From Microgenomates group bacterium (GTDB taxonomy: Bacteria > Patescibacteriota > Microgenomatia > PFEM01 > JBNASD01): DNA of 64,000 nucleotides. The DNA lies in contig JBNASD010000001.1 in the NCBI GenBank assembly GCA_049720225.1, forward strand, positions 164,733-228,732. The letters run 5' to 3'. Below the pieces are notes generated by a model. The model did not search any database and was not told the origin of the DNA. It saw nothing but the letters and a program-made list of their open reading frames with translations. Both the position numbers and the translations under genes were made by a program. Each line of letters begins with the position of its first letter. The first letter of the stretch is position 1. Below, piece after piece: positions 7,552 through 16,779 of the stretch.

Positions 7552-8109
7552 ATGAGCTTCTTTAAAAAAATCGGTAAATTCTTTCTTGATCTTACAGAAA
7601 CAATTGTTATGGCTCTTTCTGTCTTTGTGGTTATTTATCTTTTTCTATTTCAACCCCATCAGGTACGAGGAAATTCAATGTATCCCAATTTCCACGATGG
7701 CGAATATATTCTTACTGATAAAATTACTTATCGCATGCGAGAACCTCGTCAGGGAGATGTAATTGTTTTTCGGGCTCCAAAAAACGAAGAGTATGATTAT
7801 ATAAAAAGAATTATTGCTGTTCCTGGAGACTGCTTAACTATTTCTAATGGAAAAGTGTATATTAATAATCAACTTTTTCCTGAACCTTATCTTCCCTCTG
7901 ATTATGTTACCAACCCTGGTTCCTTTATCCGCGCCAATACTCCTGTTTGCGTTCCTCCGGCTAATTATTTAGTAATGGGAGATAATCGTTCTCACAGTTC
8001 TGATTCTCGAGAGTGGGGATTTGTGCCGCGACAAAATATTATTGGTCGAGCGTGGTTTCGCTACTGGCCCCCTTCTCGGTGGGGACCGGTGGATAAGATT
8101 GACCGGTAA
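7552..8109 (+). CDS. lepB: Signal peptidase I
   Basis: GNSMYP (catalytic Ser), YIKRII (catalytic Lys), GDNRSHSSDSREWG. Confidence 0.95.
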   Translation: MSFFKKIGKFFLDLTETIVMALSVFVVIYLFLFQPHQVRGNSMYPNFHDGEYILTDKITYRMREPRQGDVIVFRAPKNEEYDYIKRIIAVPGDCLTISNGKVYINNQLFPEPYLPSDYVTNPGSFIRANTPVCVPPANYLVMGDNRSHSSDSREWGFVPRQNIIGRAWFRYWPPSRWGPVDKIDR

Positions 8110-8932
8110 TTCCTTCGTAAATTTTCTTTAATCTTTCCTCAACTTCTTCTGGGGAACCTTTAAGAAAGATATTAATTCTTGTTTCTATTCTTGATTGAGA
8201 AACTTTAACAATTGTTTTTTCATTTCCTCCAATTGCTTTATGAAGATCATCTCTTACTCTATCAATTTCATCAGAAATAATTAAGGGAGCGCTCGCGTTA
8301 GGAAAAAGAGCCTTTGGTTGCTGACCAATTTTTTTTCTCATCCTTCTGGCTAAATCCTCTGTCGCTCTTACGGGTAATCCTTGACGAATAACAATTTTAT
8401 AAGCCTCAACCATTAACCGCGAATCAGCAATCATATTTAAAGCCCGCGCATGGCCTTCAGTAATTTGTCCGGAAAGTAATCCGTCTTTTAAAGCATCTGG
8501 TAATTTTAATAATGCCAATGAATTAGAAACATAAGCAGGACTTTTTCCGATTCTTTTAGCAATTTCTTTAGTCTCTAAACCAAACTCTTCTTTTAATCGT
8601 AAAAAAGCTTGCGCCCTTTCGATTGGATTTAAATCTTCCCTTTGAACATTTTCTACCAACGCCATTTCTAACATTCCTCGGGGGGTAGTTTCTTCAACAA
8701 TCGCCGGCACCGTTTTTAACCCCAATATTTTTGCCGCCCGCCACCGTCTTTCACCGGCAATAATTTGATATCCCGCCGGTGTCTTTGCCACCACTAATGG
8801 CTCAAGAATTCCATGTTCTCTAATTGACTCTACTAAATCCGCTAATGATTCCGGAGTAATTAATCCTCGTGGTTGTAAAGGGTTAGGTTGAAGTTGATCA
8901 ACTTCTATTTGAATTACTTGTTTATCAGCCAT
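8039..8932 (-). CDS. parB: ParB/Spo0J partition protein
   Basis: PNPLQPR, IIAGERRWRA, LVENVQREDL, HTH, EGHARAL. Confidence 0.92.
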   Translation of the reverse strand: MADKQVIQIEVDQLQPNPLQPRGLITPESLADLVESIREHGILEPLVVAKTPAGYQIIAGERRWRAAKILGLKTVPAIVEETTPRGMLEMALVENVQREDLNPIERAQAFLRLKEEFGLETKEIAKRIGKSPAYVSNSLALLKLPDALKDGLLSGQITEGHARALNMIADSRLMVEAYKIVIRQGLPVRATEDLARRMRKKIGQQPKALFPNASAPLIISDEIDRVRDDLHKAIGGNEKTIVKVSQSRIETRINIFLKGSPEEVEERLKKIYEGITGQSYPPVPTEKGASSETTLDQ

Positions 8933-8934
8933 TT

Positions 8935-9180
8935 TTAAACGACATTAATATATTTTTTGCCGTATTTTTGACTAAACTCTACTTTTCCTTCTTTTAAAGC
9001 AAATAAAGTAAAATCTCTTCCCATTCCTACTCCTTTTCCGGGATGAAATTTTGTTCCCCGTTGACGAATTAAAATATTTCCCGGTTTAACTAATTGACCG
9101 GCAGCTACTTTTAATCCCAGTCTTTTTCCGGGGCGAGGAGGTTGTTGTCGGGTTTTTCCTGCGGTTTTTGTTTTCGCCAT
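8935..9180 (-). CDS. rpmA: 50S ribosomal protein L27
   Basis: [29 protein letters not shown]. Confidence 0.95.
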   Translation of the reverse strand: MAKTKTAGKTRQQPPRPGKRLGLKVAAGQLVKPGNILIRQRGTKFHPGKGVGMGRDFTLFALKEGKVEFSQKYGKKYINVV

Positions 9181-9190
9181 TTTAATTTAC

Positions 9191-9218
9191 ATAATAACAG
9201 AATTTTCACGAATGTCAA
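9191..9218 (-). promoter_or_regulatory. Internal promoter for rpmA (TTGACA-16-TATTAT with TG extension)
   Basis: The -35 overlaps the rplU stop codon; the -10 ends 10 nt before the ATG. Confidence 0.55.
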
Positions 9219-9532
9219 GAAACAATTTTCTCAATTCTTAGTACTGTTAATAAAGGACGAAAACCTTTAACTTTTCGATAGCGAGATTTTGCTTTATAGG
9301 TAGCCACTCTTATTTTTTTACCCTTTTTTTGCTCCAAAATTACTGCTTCGACTTTCGCTTTTTCTACTAATGGTTGACCAAAATTAACACTTTTTCCATC
9401 ATTAACTAACAACACTTCTTCAAAAGTTAATTTCTTTCCTTTTTCTCCCTCAATTTTGGGAACTTCAATTTCTTCTCCCTCTTTAACTTTATATTGAGAA
9501 CCGCCAATTTTAATAACTGCGTATTTATTCAT
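9215..9532 (-). CDS. rplU: 50S ribosomal protein L21
   Basis: YAVIKIGGSQYKV, KSRYRKVKGFR. Confidence 0.95.
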   Translation of the reverse strand: MNKYAVIKIGGSQYKVKEGEEIEVPKIEGEKGKKLTFEEVLLVNDGKSVNFGQPLVEKAKVEAVILEQKKGKKIRVATYKAKSRYRKVKGFRPLLTVLRIEKIVS

Positions 9533-10583
9533 AGCGATGTTTATTATAACAAATATTTTGAATAATTCCCAGTATCATCATTGTTGACAAATAGGAACTT
9601 CCCCCATAAGAAACCAGCGGCAAAGTAATCCCAACAATTGGTAACAATCCTAAATTCATTCCAATATTGATTAGTACTTGGAAAAAAATTAAAGAAAAAG
9701 CCCCCCCTAAAAAATTTAGTACTGTTTTATTTTCTATTTCCTCCATTATTTTTAAAATTCGCCAAAATAAAATAAAATAAAAAAATAAAAGGAAAATCAC
9801 TCCTAAAAACCCAAATGTTTCTGCCCAAGAAGCAAAAATAAAATCAGTATGAGCCTCTGGTAAAAATCTTAACTGTGATTGCGTCCCTCCTTTTATTCCT
9901 CTACCCAAAAATCTTCCCGAGCCGATAGCAATTATTGCTTGAATCAAGTTATATCCCCTTCCGGTGGGATCGGAAAAAGGATCAACAAAACTTAATATTC
10001 TTTCTTTTTGGTATCCTTTTAAAAAAAATCTCCAAATCAACGGTAAAGAAGCTAAAAAAAATACTGCCCCCCCTAAAAAAAATTTAAAATCCCCCCCGCT
10101 AATCCAAATAATTCCTAACCAGAAAATTAAAAATAAAACAGCACTTCCTAAATCAGGCTGAAAAAAAACTAAAAAAAAGGGAATTAAAACTAAAATTAAA
10201 CCCAAAAAAATTCTTTTTAACTCTTTTCCTTGAGAAAAAAACCAAGCAAAAAAAATAATTAAAAAAGGTTTTACTATTTCCGATGGCTGTAAGCTAAAAG
10301 GGCCAATTTTTAACCAGCGAACTGCCCCTCGACTCACAAAACCAAAAATAAAGGGGGTAATTAAGAACAATAAACTAATTAAAAATAAATAGGGAGCTAT
10401 TTTCAACCAAAAACGAAAATCAATTTTAAAAAAAATAAAAAAAATTAAAAATCCTAATCCAATATAAATTCCTTGTTGAAGCAATAAATTAGGGGCAATT
10501 GTATTACCAATTATTAAACCAAAAGAAGTAAGAACCACGATTACTACCAAAAGAATCCAATCGAAATTAAGAATTTCTCTCAT
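9525..10583 (-). CDS. rodA: SEDS peptidoglycan glycosyltransferase RodA
   Basis: LQPSEIVK, QPDLGS, GYNLIQAIIAIGSG, LPEAHTDFIF, GITLPLVSYGGSS. Confidence 0.88.
   Translation of the reverse strand: MREILNFDWILLVVIVVLTSFGLIIGNTIAPNLLLQQGIYIGLGFLIFFIFFKIDFRFWLKIAPYLFLISLLFLITPFIFGFVSRGAVRWLKIGPFSLQPSEIVKPFLIIFFAWFFSQGKELKRIFLGLILVLIPFFLVFFQPDLGSAVLFLIFWLGIIWISGGDFKFFLGGAVFFLASLPLIWRFFLKGYQKERILSFVDPFSDPTGRGYNLIQAIIAIGSGRFLGRGIKGGTQSQLRFLPEAHTDFIFASWAETFGFLGVIFLLFFYFILFWRILKIMEEIENKTVLNFLGGAFSLIFFQVLINIGMNLGLLPIVGITLPLVSYGGSSYLSTMMILGIIQNICYNKHRYE
9543..9551 (-). promoter_or_regulatory. Extended -10 (TGtTATAAT) for rplU, inside the rodA 3' end
   Basis: Perfect consensus ending 10 nt before the ATG. 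Confidence 0.6.
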
Positions 10584-13400
10584 TTAAAGAGGAATAATTT
10601 TTAATTCTTTTCCTTTCTTCAAGCTTTTAGCGATTACTTTTTCTTTAAGATAATCTCTCAATTTGGGTTGTTGAGGAAGCCAAGGAAGCACTACCTCAAT
10701 TTTTTGGTCTAAACGACATTTTGCTTTTTTTCTTAGTTCCTGAATTTGTCTTATTAACTCTCTCACCTCTCCCTCTTCTTTTAGTTGAGGGGTAATTTCG
10801 GTATCAAATTTTACTTCTCCCTTACCTGACTTTAATTCAATCTCTTTGACATTAAGTTCTTCTTTTAATAATTCCAAAAGAGCCTTTCCCCATTTTACTT
10901 CCGAAATTAGTTTATAAAAATCAGAATCTTTAATTATTAATTTTTTTAATGGCTGACGAACTTTTATTCCTAATTTTTTTCTCTCTCCATGAGCCACTTC
11001 GCAAATTTTTCTTACTGATTCCATTTCCTTCAAAAGTTTCTCATTGACTCTTTCTCCTTTCGGCCATTTTTCTAAATGAACACTTTTATTACTCGTATAC
11101 TTTTTTTCTCCAAAAAGAATATTTTGGTAAAATTCTTCTGATAAAAATGGAATAAAGGGTGCAAGAATTTTACTCAAAGTTAACAAAACATACCCTAATG
11201 TTTCATAACATTCTTTTTTATCTTTTTCATTTTTAGCAACCGGACCTACTCTTTCTCGCGAACGCCTTACATACCATAATGACAAATCATCAACAAATTT
11301 TTCAATCTTTTTTACCGCTTGATATGAATGAAATTTATCTAAATTATTAGTTACTTCCTTAATTAATTTATTTAAATTAGCAATTATCCATTGATCTAAA
11401 ATGTTTTCTTTTTTTAAGGAAACATTTTCTTTAAATTTAAATCCATCTACCTGAGAATAAACTTTATAAAAATTAAAAACATTCCATAAAGGTAAAATAA
11501 AGCGCTTAACTGAATCCTCTACTAAACGGATAGAAAAGCGATAATTATTACCTACTTGAGTGGAAGAATAAAAATACCACCGAATGGCATCAACTCCTGT
11601 TTTTCTAATCGCTTCCCACGGATCAACCACGTTTCCAATATGTTTACTCATTTTTCTTCCTTGATCATCCAAAACTAAACCGGTACAAACAACATTTTTA
11701 TAAGAGTTTTGATCGAAAACAAGAGTACTCACCGCCAAGAGAGTAAAAAACCAACCGCGCGTTTGGTCCATTGCCTCAGCAATAAAATCAGCTGGAAATT
11801 GATCTTTAAAAATTTCTTTATTTTCAAAAGGATAATGCCACTGAGCCACCGGCATTGCTCCTGAATCAAACCAACAATCAATTACCTCATTTACTCTTTT
11901 CATTTTTTCTTTACATTTGGGACAAAGAAAGGTCACTTCATCTATAAAAGGCCGATGAGGATCTTCGGGTACTTTTCCTCCTAGCTTTTTGATCTCTTGA
12001 AAGCTACCAATACAAATTTGATAACCACAATTTTGACATTCCCAAATTGGTAAAGGAGTTCCCCAGTACCGTTTTCTTGATAAAGACCAATCAATAAGGG
12101 TTGCCAACCAATTACCCATTCTTCCTCTTTTGATATAGGCAGGCACCCAATTAGTTTTATTATTTTCTCTAATCAAAGCCTCTTTAACTGCCGTTGTTTT
12201 GATATACCATGAATCAATTGCGTAATAAAGTAAGGGAGAATGACAACGCCAGCAGAAAGGATAAGCATGAGTTACCGGTTCTACTTTTAAAAGCAAATTT
12301 CTTTTTTCTAAATCTTCGATTATTTCTTTATCCGCTTCTTTCACTTTTTTACCGGCAAATTTTCCACATTCTGGAGTAAAAACTCCCTCGGGAGTAACAA
12401 CATGATGTTTTGGTAATCCTATTTTTACCCCTAAATCAAAATCTTCCTCTCCGTACATAACCGCGGTGTGAACGATACCTGTTCCTTCTTCCAAAGAAAC
12501 AAAATCAGCCGCGGTAACAAAATGAACTTTTTCTTGATACTTAACAAAATCAAAAACTGGCAAATACTCCCAACCCAAAATATCTTTCCCTAAAAATTTT
12601 TCCTTTACCTGATAATTACTTTTTGACCCTAAAACTTTCAATCTTTCTTCCGCTAAAATTAAATCTTCGTTTTGATAAGTTACTCTAACATAAACCGCTT
12701 GGGGGTTTACCGCCAAAGCCACATTTCCCAAAAGCGTCCACGGAGTGGTTGTCCAGGCTAAGAAATAAAGATTATTTTTTCCTTTTACGGGAAATTTTAC
12801 ATATAAAGAATTTTCGGTAACATCTTTATAACCTTGGGCTACCTCATGAGAAGATAAAGGAGTTTCACAGCGATAACAATAAGGAACCACTTTGTAATCT
12901 TTATAAAGCCATCCTTTTTTCCAAATCTCTTTTAATAACCACCAACAACTTTCAATATAATCCCGATCGCACGTCACATAAGGATGCTCCATATCAATCC
13001 AAAACCCAATTCTTTTAGTTAATTTCTCCCATTCCTCTACATAGCGAAAAACCGACTCTCTACATTTTTGGTTAAATTTAGCAATTCCATATTCTTCAAT
13101 TTGTTTTTTACCAGAAATCCCTAATTCTTTTTCGATTTCCAATTCTACCGGTAAACCATGAGTGTCCCATCCCCCTTTTCTTAAACAATAATATCCCTGC
13201 ATTGTTTTATAGCGAGGAAAAAGATCTTTAATTATTCGCGCCAACACATGATGAATACCTGGTTTACCATTAGCGGTGGGGGGGCCTTCATAAAATACAA
13301 AACTTTTTTGTCCCTTTTTTCTTTTTAAGGTTTTTTCAAAAATCTTTTTTTGTTCCCAAAAATTTAAAATTTTCTCTTCAAGTTGGTTAAAATTTATCAT
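10584..13400 (-). CDS. ileS: Isoleucine--tRNA ligase, type 2
   Basis: EGPPTANGKPGIHH, GWDTHGLPVE, WTTTPWTL, DQTRGWF, KMSKH; probable start ATG 13400. Confidence 0.95.
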   Translation of the reverse strand: MINFNQLEEKILNFWEQKKIFEKTLKRKKGQKSFVFYEGPPTANGKPGIHHVLARIIKDLFPRYKTMQGYYCLRKGGWDTHGLPVELEIEKELGISGKKQIEEYGIAKFNQKCRESVFRYVEEWEKLTKRIGFWIDMEHPYVTCDRDYIESCWWLLKEIWKKGWLYKDYKVVPYCYRCETPLSSHEVAQGYKDVTENSLYVKFPVKGKNNLYFLAWTTTPWTLLGNVALAVNPQAVYVRVTYQNEDLILAEERLKVLGSKSNYQVKEKFLGKDILGWEYLPVFDFVKYQEKVHFVTAADFVSLEEGTGIVHTAVMYGEEDFDLGVKIGLPKHHVVTPEGVFTPECGKFAGKKVKEADKEIIEDLEKRNLLLKVEPVTHAYPFCWRCHSPLLYYAIDSWYIKTTAVKEALIRENNKTNWVPAYIKRGRMGNWLATLIDWSLSRKRYWGTPLPIWECQNCGYQICIGSFQEIKKLGGKVPEDPHRPFIDEVTFLCPKCKEKMKRVNEVIDCWFDSGAMPVAQWHYPFENKEIFKDQFPADFIAEAMDQTRGWFFTLLAVSTLVFDQNSYKNVVCTGLVLDDQGRKMSKHIGNVVDPWEAIRKTGVDAIRWYFYSSTQVGNNYRFSIRLVEDSVKRFILPLWNVFNFYKVYSQVDGFKFKENVSLKKENILDQWIIANLNKLIKEVTNNLDKFHSYQAVKKIEKFVDDLSLWYVRRSRERVGPVAKNEKDKKECYETLGYVLLTLSKILAPFIPFLSEEFYQNILFGEKKYTSNKSVHLEKWPKGERVNEKLLKEMESVRKICEVAHGERKKLGIKVRQPLKKLIIKDSDFYKLISEVKWGKALLELLKEELNVKEIELKSGKGEVKFDTEITPQLKEEGEVRELIRQIQELRKKAKCRLDQKIEVVLPWLPQQPKLRDYLKEKVIAKSLKKGKELKIIPL

Positions 13401-13407
13401 TTCTAAT

Positions 13408-13465
13408 AAAAAATCGTCCTTGCGGACGATTAAAAAGGGAAATGGCAATTAACCATTTCCCTTTT
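13408..13465 (-). terminator. Tandem hairpins in the ileS leader (terminator-like)
   Basis: AAAAGGGAAATGG-TTAATTG-CCATTTCCCTTTT, then AATCGTCC-GCAA-GGACGATT followed by a T run. Confidence 0.75.
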
Positions 13466-13505
13466 ACTTAATAATAATTTTTTTATTGTTAAATTCTGTT
13501 TTCAT
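13464..13505 (-). CDS. Putative ileS leader peptide MKTEFNNKKIIIK
   Basis: 13 codons with ATT ATT ATT near the end; TATAAT at 13520-13515; stop codon overlaps hairpin 1. Confidence 0.7.
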   Translation of the reverse strand: MKTEFNNKKIIIK

Positions 13506-13549
13506 TATTTTTATATTATATAGCAAAAATTAAAAAGAAAAACAAGTTT

Positions 13550-14704
13550 TTATTTATTTTGTCTTAAAAAGGTAGGAATATCAAGTTCACTTTCGATTTT
13601 TATATCAGGGTCAACTTCAATATCTAATTTTTTTACTAAATGATTTTTTTCTTCGGTTTTTTCTTCTTTTTTAGGAATTTCTTTTTCACTCACAATTCCC
13701 TGAGGTAAAGAAGAGGTTCGACCTACCATTTGTGTTAATTTTATTTTTGTTTCATCAAACCCGGTAGCAATAACTGTAATTCTTACCTGGTCAATCATTT
13801 TTTCATCAATATTGGCTCCAAAAATAATATTGGCATCCGCATCCGCTCCCTGAGAAATTAAGGTGGCCGCTTCTTCTACTTCTGTCATTGTTAAATCAGG
13901 ACCGCCAGTGATTTGAAATAAAATTCCCTTTGCTCCTTCAATAGAAACGTCTAATAAAGGTGAAGAAATCGCCATTTTTGCCGCAGTTTGGGCGCGATTC
14001 TCTCCCACGCCGGTGCCAATTCCCAATAAAGCGGAACCGGCATCTTTCATAATTGCCTTAACATCAGCAAAATCGCGATTAATCAATCCAGGAACAGTAA
14101 TAATTTCCGAAATTCCCTTTACTGCTTGACCTAAGATTCCATCAACAATTTTAAAAGCTTCTATCAAGGTCATTTTTTTATCCACTACTTCCATAATTCG
14201 CTGATTGGGAATAACAATCATTGTATCCACTTTATCTTTAAGATTTTCTATCCCTTCCTCGGCAATCACCATTCTTCTTGTTCCTTCAAAGGCAAAGGGC
14301 TTGGTAACTACTGCAATTGTTAACGCTCCTGCTTCTTTAGCTAATTGGGCAATCACCGGCATTGCTCCTGTTCCTGTTCCTCCTCCCATTCCGCCAGCTA
14401 AAAAAACCATATCCGCCCCATTTAAAAACTCTTTTATTTTTTCTTTTGACTCTTCTGCCGCTTTATAGCCAATTTCAGGATCTCCCCCAGAACCTAAACC
14501 ACGAGTCAAATTTTCTCCAATTTGGATTTTATTAGAAGCCTTATTCATTAAGAGGGCTTGAGCATCGGTATTAATTGCGACAAACTCCACTCCTTTAATC
14601 TGATCATCCTCAATCATCGAATTAATAGCATTACCCCCTCCCCCACCAATTCCTAAAACTTTTATTTTGGCAAAACTTGCCGCGTCTGGTTTAACAAGAG
14701 CCAT
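13550..14704 (-). CDS. ftsZ: Cell division protein FtsZ
   Basis: GGGGGNA, GMGGGTGTG tubulin signature, C-terminal LDIPTFLR. Confidence 0.98.
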   Translation of the reverse strand: MALVKPDAASFAKIKVLGIGGGGGNAINSMIEDDQIKGVEFVAINTDAQALLMNKASNKIQIGENLTRGLGSGGDPEIGYKAAEESKEKIKEFLNGADMVFLAGGMGGGTGTGAMPVIAQLAKEAGALTIAVVTKPFAFEGTRRMVIAEEGIENLKDKVDTMIVIPNQRIMEVVDKKMTLIEAFKIVDGILGQAVKGISEIITVPGLINRDFADVKAIMKDAGSALLGIGTGVGENRAQTAAKMAISSPLLDVSIEGAKGILFQITGGPDLTMTEVEEAATLISQGADADANIIFGANIDEKMIDQVRITVIATGFDETKIKLTQMVGRTSSLPQGIVSEKEIPKKEEKTEEKNHLVKKLDIEVDPDIKIESELDIPTFLRQNK

Positions 14705-14747
14705 TTTTTTAATCCTTTCTGGGCAGAGATAATCTTATCTTATAATA

Positions 14748-16043
14748 CTACGGAAGAAGGTTTTTAATCAACTGCCATGCTTTCTGAGCTACTCCCTCGA
14801 TAGGAATTTTGGGTACCTTTTTTCCCCATTGCTTAAAAGAAAAACCCACTTCCTCTTTTTCTGTTTGCTGTAATCCATAAAGAAGAAGACCAACCGCGGT
14901 CGCATAATCAGGAGTCTGAACATCATCAATTAAACCAGAAATTTTTTGAGGATAGCCAATTCTCACCGGCGCACTTAACACTTTTTTGGCTGCCTGGATT
15001 ACTCCCACCGTTTGTGCTCCTCCACCACAAATCACCACTCCTGCTGGCGTCAAACCTCCCGCACCGCTTTTTTTAATTTCCATTTCTACCATAGCAAAAA
15101 TTTCATTTAACCGAGGCTTAATTATTCCCTCAATTAATGTTTTTTTAGAAACTTTCTTTTCCTCATCAGCAATTCCCCATTTACTCAAATCAATTTCGTC
15201 TTCTTCCTTTTTTTGATAAAGATTTTTACTTCCTTGGGGAAGCGTTGGTTTTCTTTCTTCCTGAGAAAGAGCAATTTTAATTTTTGAAGCGGTTTCTAAA
15301 GAAACTCGTAAACCAATTGCCAAATCACTATCAATATGTTTAGCGCCAATCGGCAAGACGGCGGTATAAAAAGGTGACCCCTCAATAAAAATTACTACAT
15401 TAGTTACCCCTCCACCGATATCAACCAATACCACTCCCAATTCTTTTTCTGTCTCCGTTAAAATACTTTCCGCTGCCGCTAATCCGGAAACAATAAAATC
15501 TTCAATTTTTACTCCTGCTTCAAAAAGACATTTCTCTAAATTTCTCACCGCAGTAGCGGCAGCAGTCACAATATGAGTCTCCACTTCTAATCTTACCCCG
15601 GCCATTCCTACTGGATCCTTTATTCCTCCTTGACCATCAACAGTAAAAGACCGAGGAATAACATGAATAATTTCTCTTGAAGAAGGAAGGGTAATTGCCT
15701 GTGCCGCTTCAATTACGCGGTCTACATCTTCTGGTCTAATTTCTCCTTCTGGTTCTGCTACCGCGACTACTCCGGTAGAATTTTGGCAACTTAAATGAGT
15801 CCCACCTAAAGAAACAAAAGCGCGATCAATATTATAACCGGCCATTCTTTCTGCCGCTTCCACTGAATTTATCACCGTTTGGGTGGCCTCCTCAATATCA
15901 ACAATTTGTCCTCTTTTAATTCCTTTAGAGGGGACAGAGGAAACGCCAATAATTTTTATTTCTCCATCAGTAGGAATACCAACAATGGTGGTTGTTTTAG
16001 AAGAACCAATATCAATCCCGGTTAAAATTCTTGTTTTATTCAT
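14748..16043 (-). CDS. ftsA: Cell division protein FtsA
   Basis: GIDIGSSK, AERMAG, VDIGGGVT, GGGA. Confidence 0.96.
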   Translation of the reverse strand: MNKTRILTGIDIGSSKTTTIVGIPTDGEIKIIGVSSVPSKGIKRGQIVDIEEATQTVINSVEAAERMAGYNIDRAFVSLGGTHLSCQNSTGVVAVAEPEGEIRPEDVDRVIEAAQAITLPSSREIIHVIPRSFTVDGQGGIKDPVGMAGVRLEVETHIVTAAATAVRNLEKCLFEAGVKIEDFIVSGLAAAESILTETEKELGVVLVDIGGGVTNVVIFIEGSPFYTAVLPIGAKHIDSDLAIGLRVSLETASKIKIALSQEERKPTLPQGSKNLYQKKEEDEIDLSKWGIADEEKKVSKKTLIEGIIKPRLNEIFAMVEMEIKKSGAGGLTPAGVVICGGGAQTVGVIQAAKKVLSAPVRIGYPQKISGLIDDVQTPDYATAVGLLLYGLQQTEKEEVGFSFKQWGKKVPKIPIEGVAQKAWQLIKNLLP

Positions 16044-16779
16044 AACTAATTACCGGTTTATCAAATCGTAAATCAATCTTTTTTATTTTTCCCATTTTTA
16101 TTTTAGACTGAGAAAGAATAAATTGTAAAGAGTCAAGTTGGTAATCGATATCTTTTTCTAAAGAAAATAAAACAAACACCCCTTCTTTTAACCACACGGT
16201 AAAACTGAATTGAGAAGAAAAATAACTTATTTTTGGCTCTAAAAGTCGTAATCTCATTTTTTCTAAAATCTTTACTCCTTTTACGATTTTTTCTTCTTTT
16301 ATTTTTTCTCCGGGAGAAAGATTTAATTTTTCTTTGAGTAATATTAAGGGTAAATCGGTTTTTTCTTTTTTCTCTAAAATTACTCCTTCATTATCAATCA
16401 AAAAAATTCCCTCTTCAATTTCCCATTTTAAAAAAGCAGAGGGAGTACTTTCGCTATTAAAATTTAAAGAAAAAGCTAAACCAGTCATCGGTTGTCTTTT
16501 TTTAATTTTTATTTCTAGTTGCCAGGGAAATTTTTTTTTAACTTCAATCTCTTTTATTAACGGATAGCGGTTTAAAATCTCTGTTCTTAATTTAGAGGAA
16601 GAAAAAAATAAAAAATTTTTTCCTAACAAAAAACTACCTAATTCTTTTTTTAATTCCTCTTGACATAAATTTTCTTCTTCACGACACTCAAAATTTTTAA
16701 TTTTTCCCCACTTAATTATTATTCCTCCTATTAAAAAAAGAAAAAGAAAGATCAAGAAAAAAAATTTAATTTTTCTCAT
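16036..16779 (-). CDS. ftsQ: FtsQ/DivIB
   Basis: N-terminal TM, POTRA-like KKKFPWQLEI, C-terminal IDLRF; between murG and ftsA. Confidence 0.8.
   Translation of the reverse strand: MRKIKFFFLIFLFLFLIGGIIIKWGKIKNFECREEENLCQEELKKELGSFLLGKNFLFFSSSKLRTEILNRYPLIKEIEVKKKFPWQLEIKIKKRQPMTGLAFSLNFNSESTPSAFLKWEIEEGIFLIDNEGVILEKKEKTDLPLILLKEKLNLSPGEKIKEEKIVKGVKILEKMRLRLLEPKISYFSSQFSFTVWLKEGVFVLFSLEKDIDYQLDSLQFILSQSKIKMGKIKKIDLRFDKPVISYE

Noticed and set aside
8935-9532. Prp-dependent L27 processing system
   Set aside because: No gene lies between rplU and rpmA, and L27 has no N-terminal extension.
13401-13520. T-box riboswitch before ileS
   Set aside because: The TCGTCC/GGACGA hairpin resembles T-box terminators, but there is no GGTGGNACC motif or Stem I, and the leader is too short.
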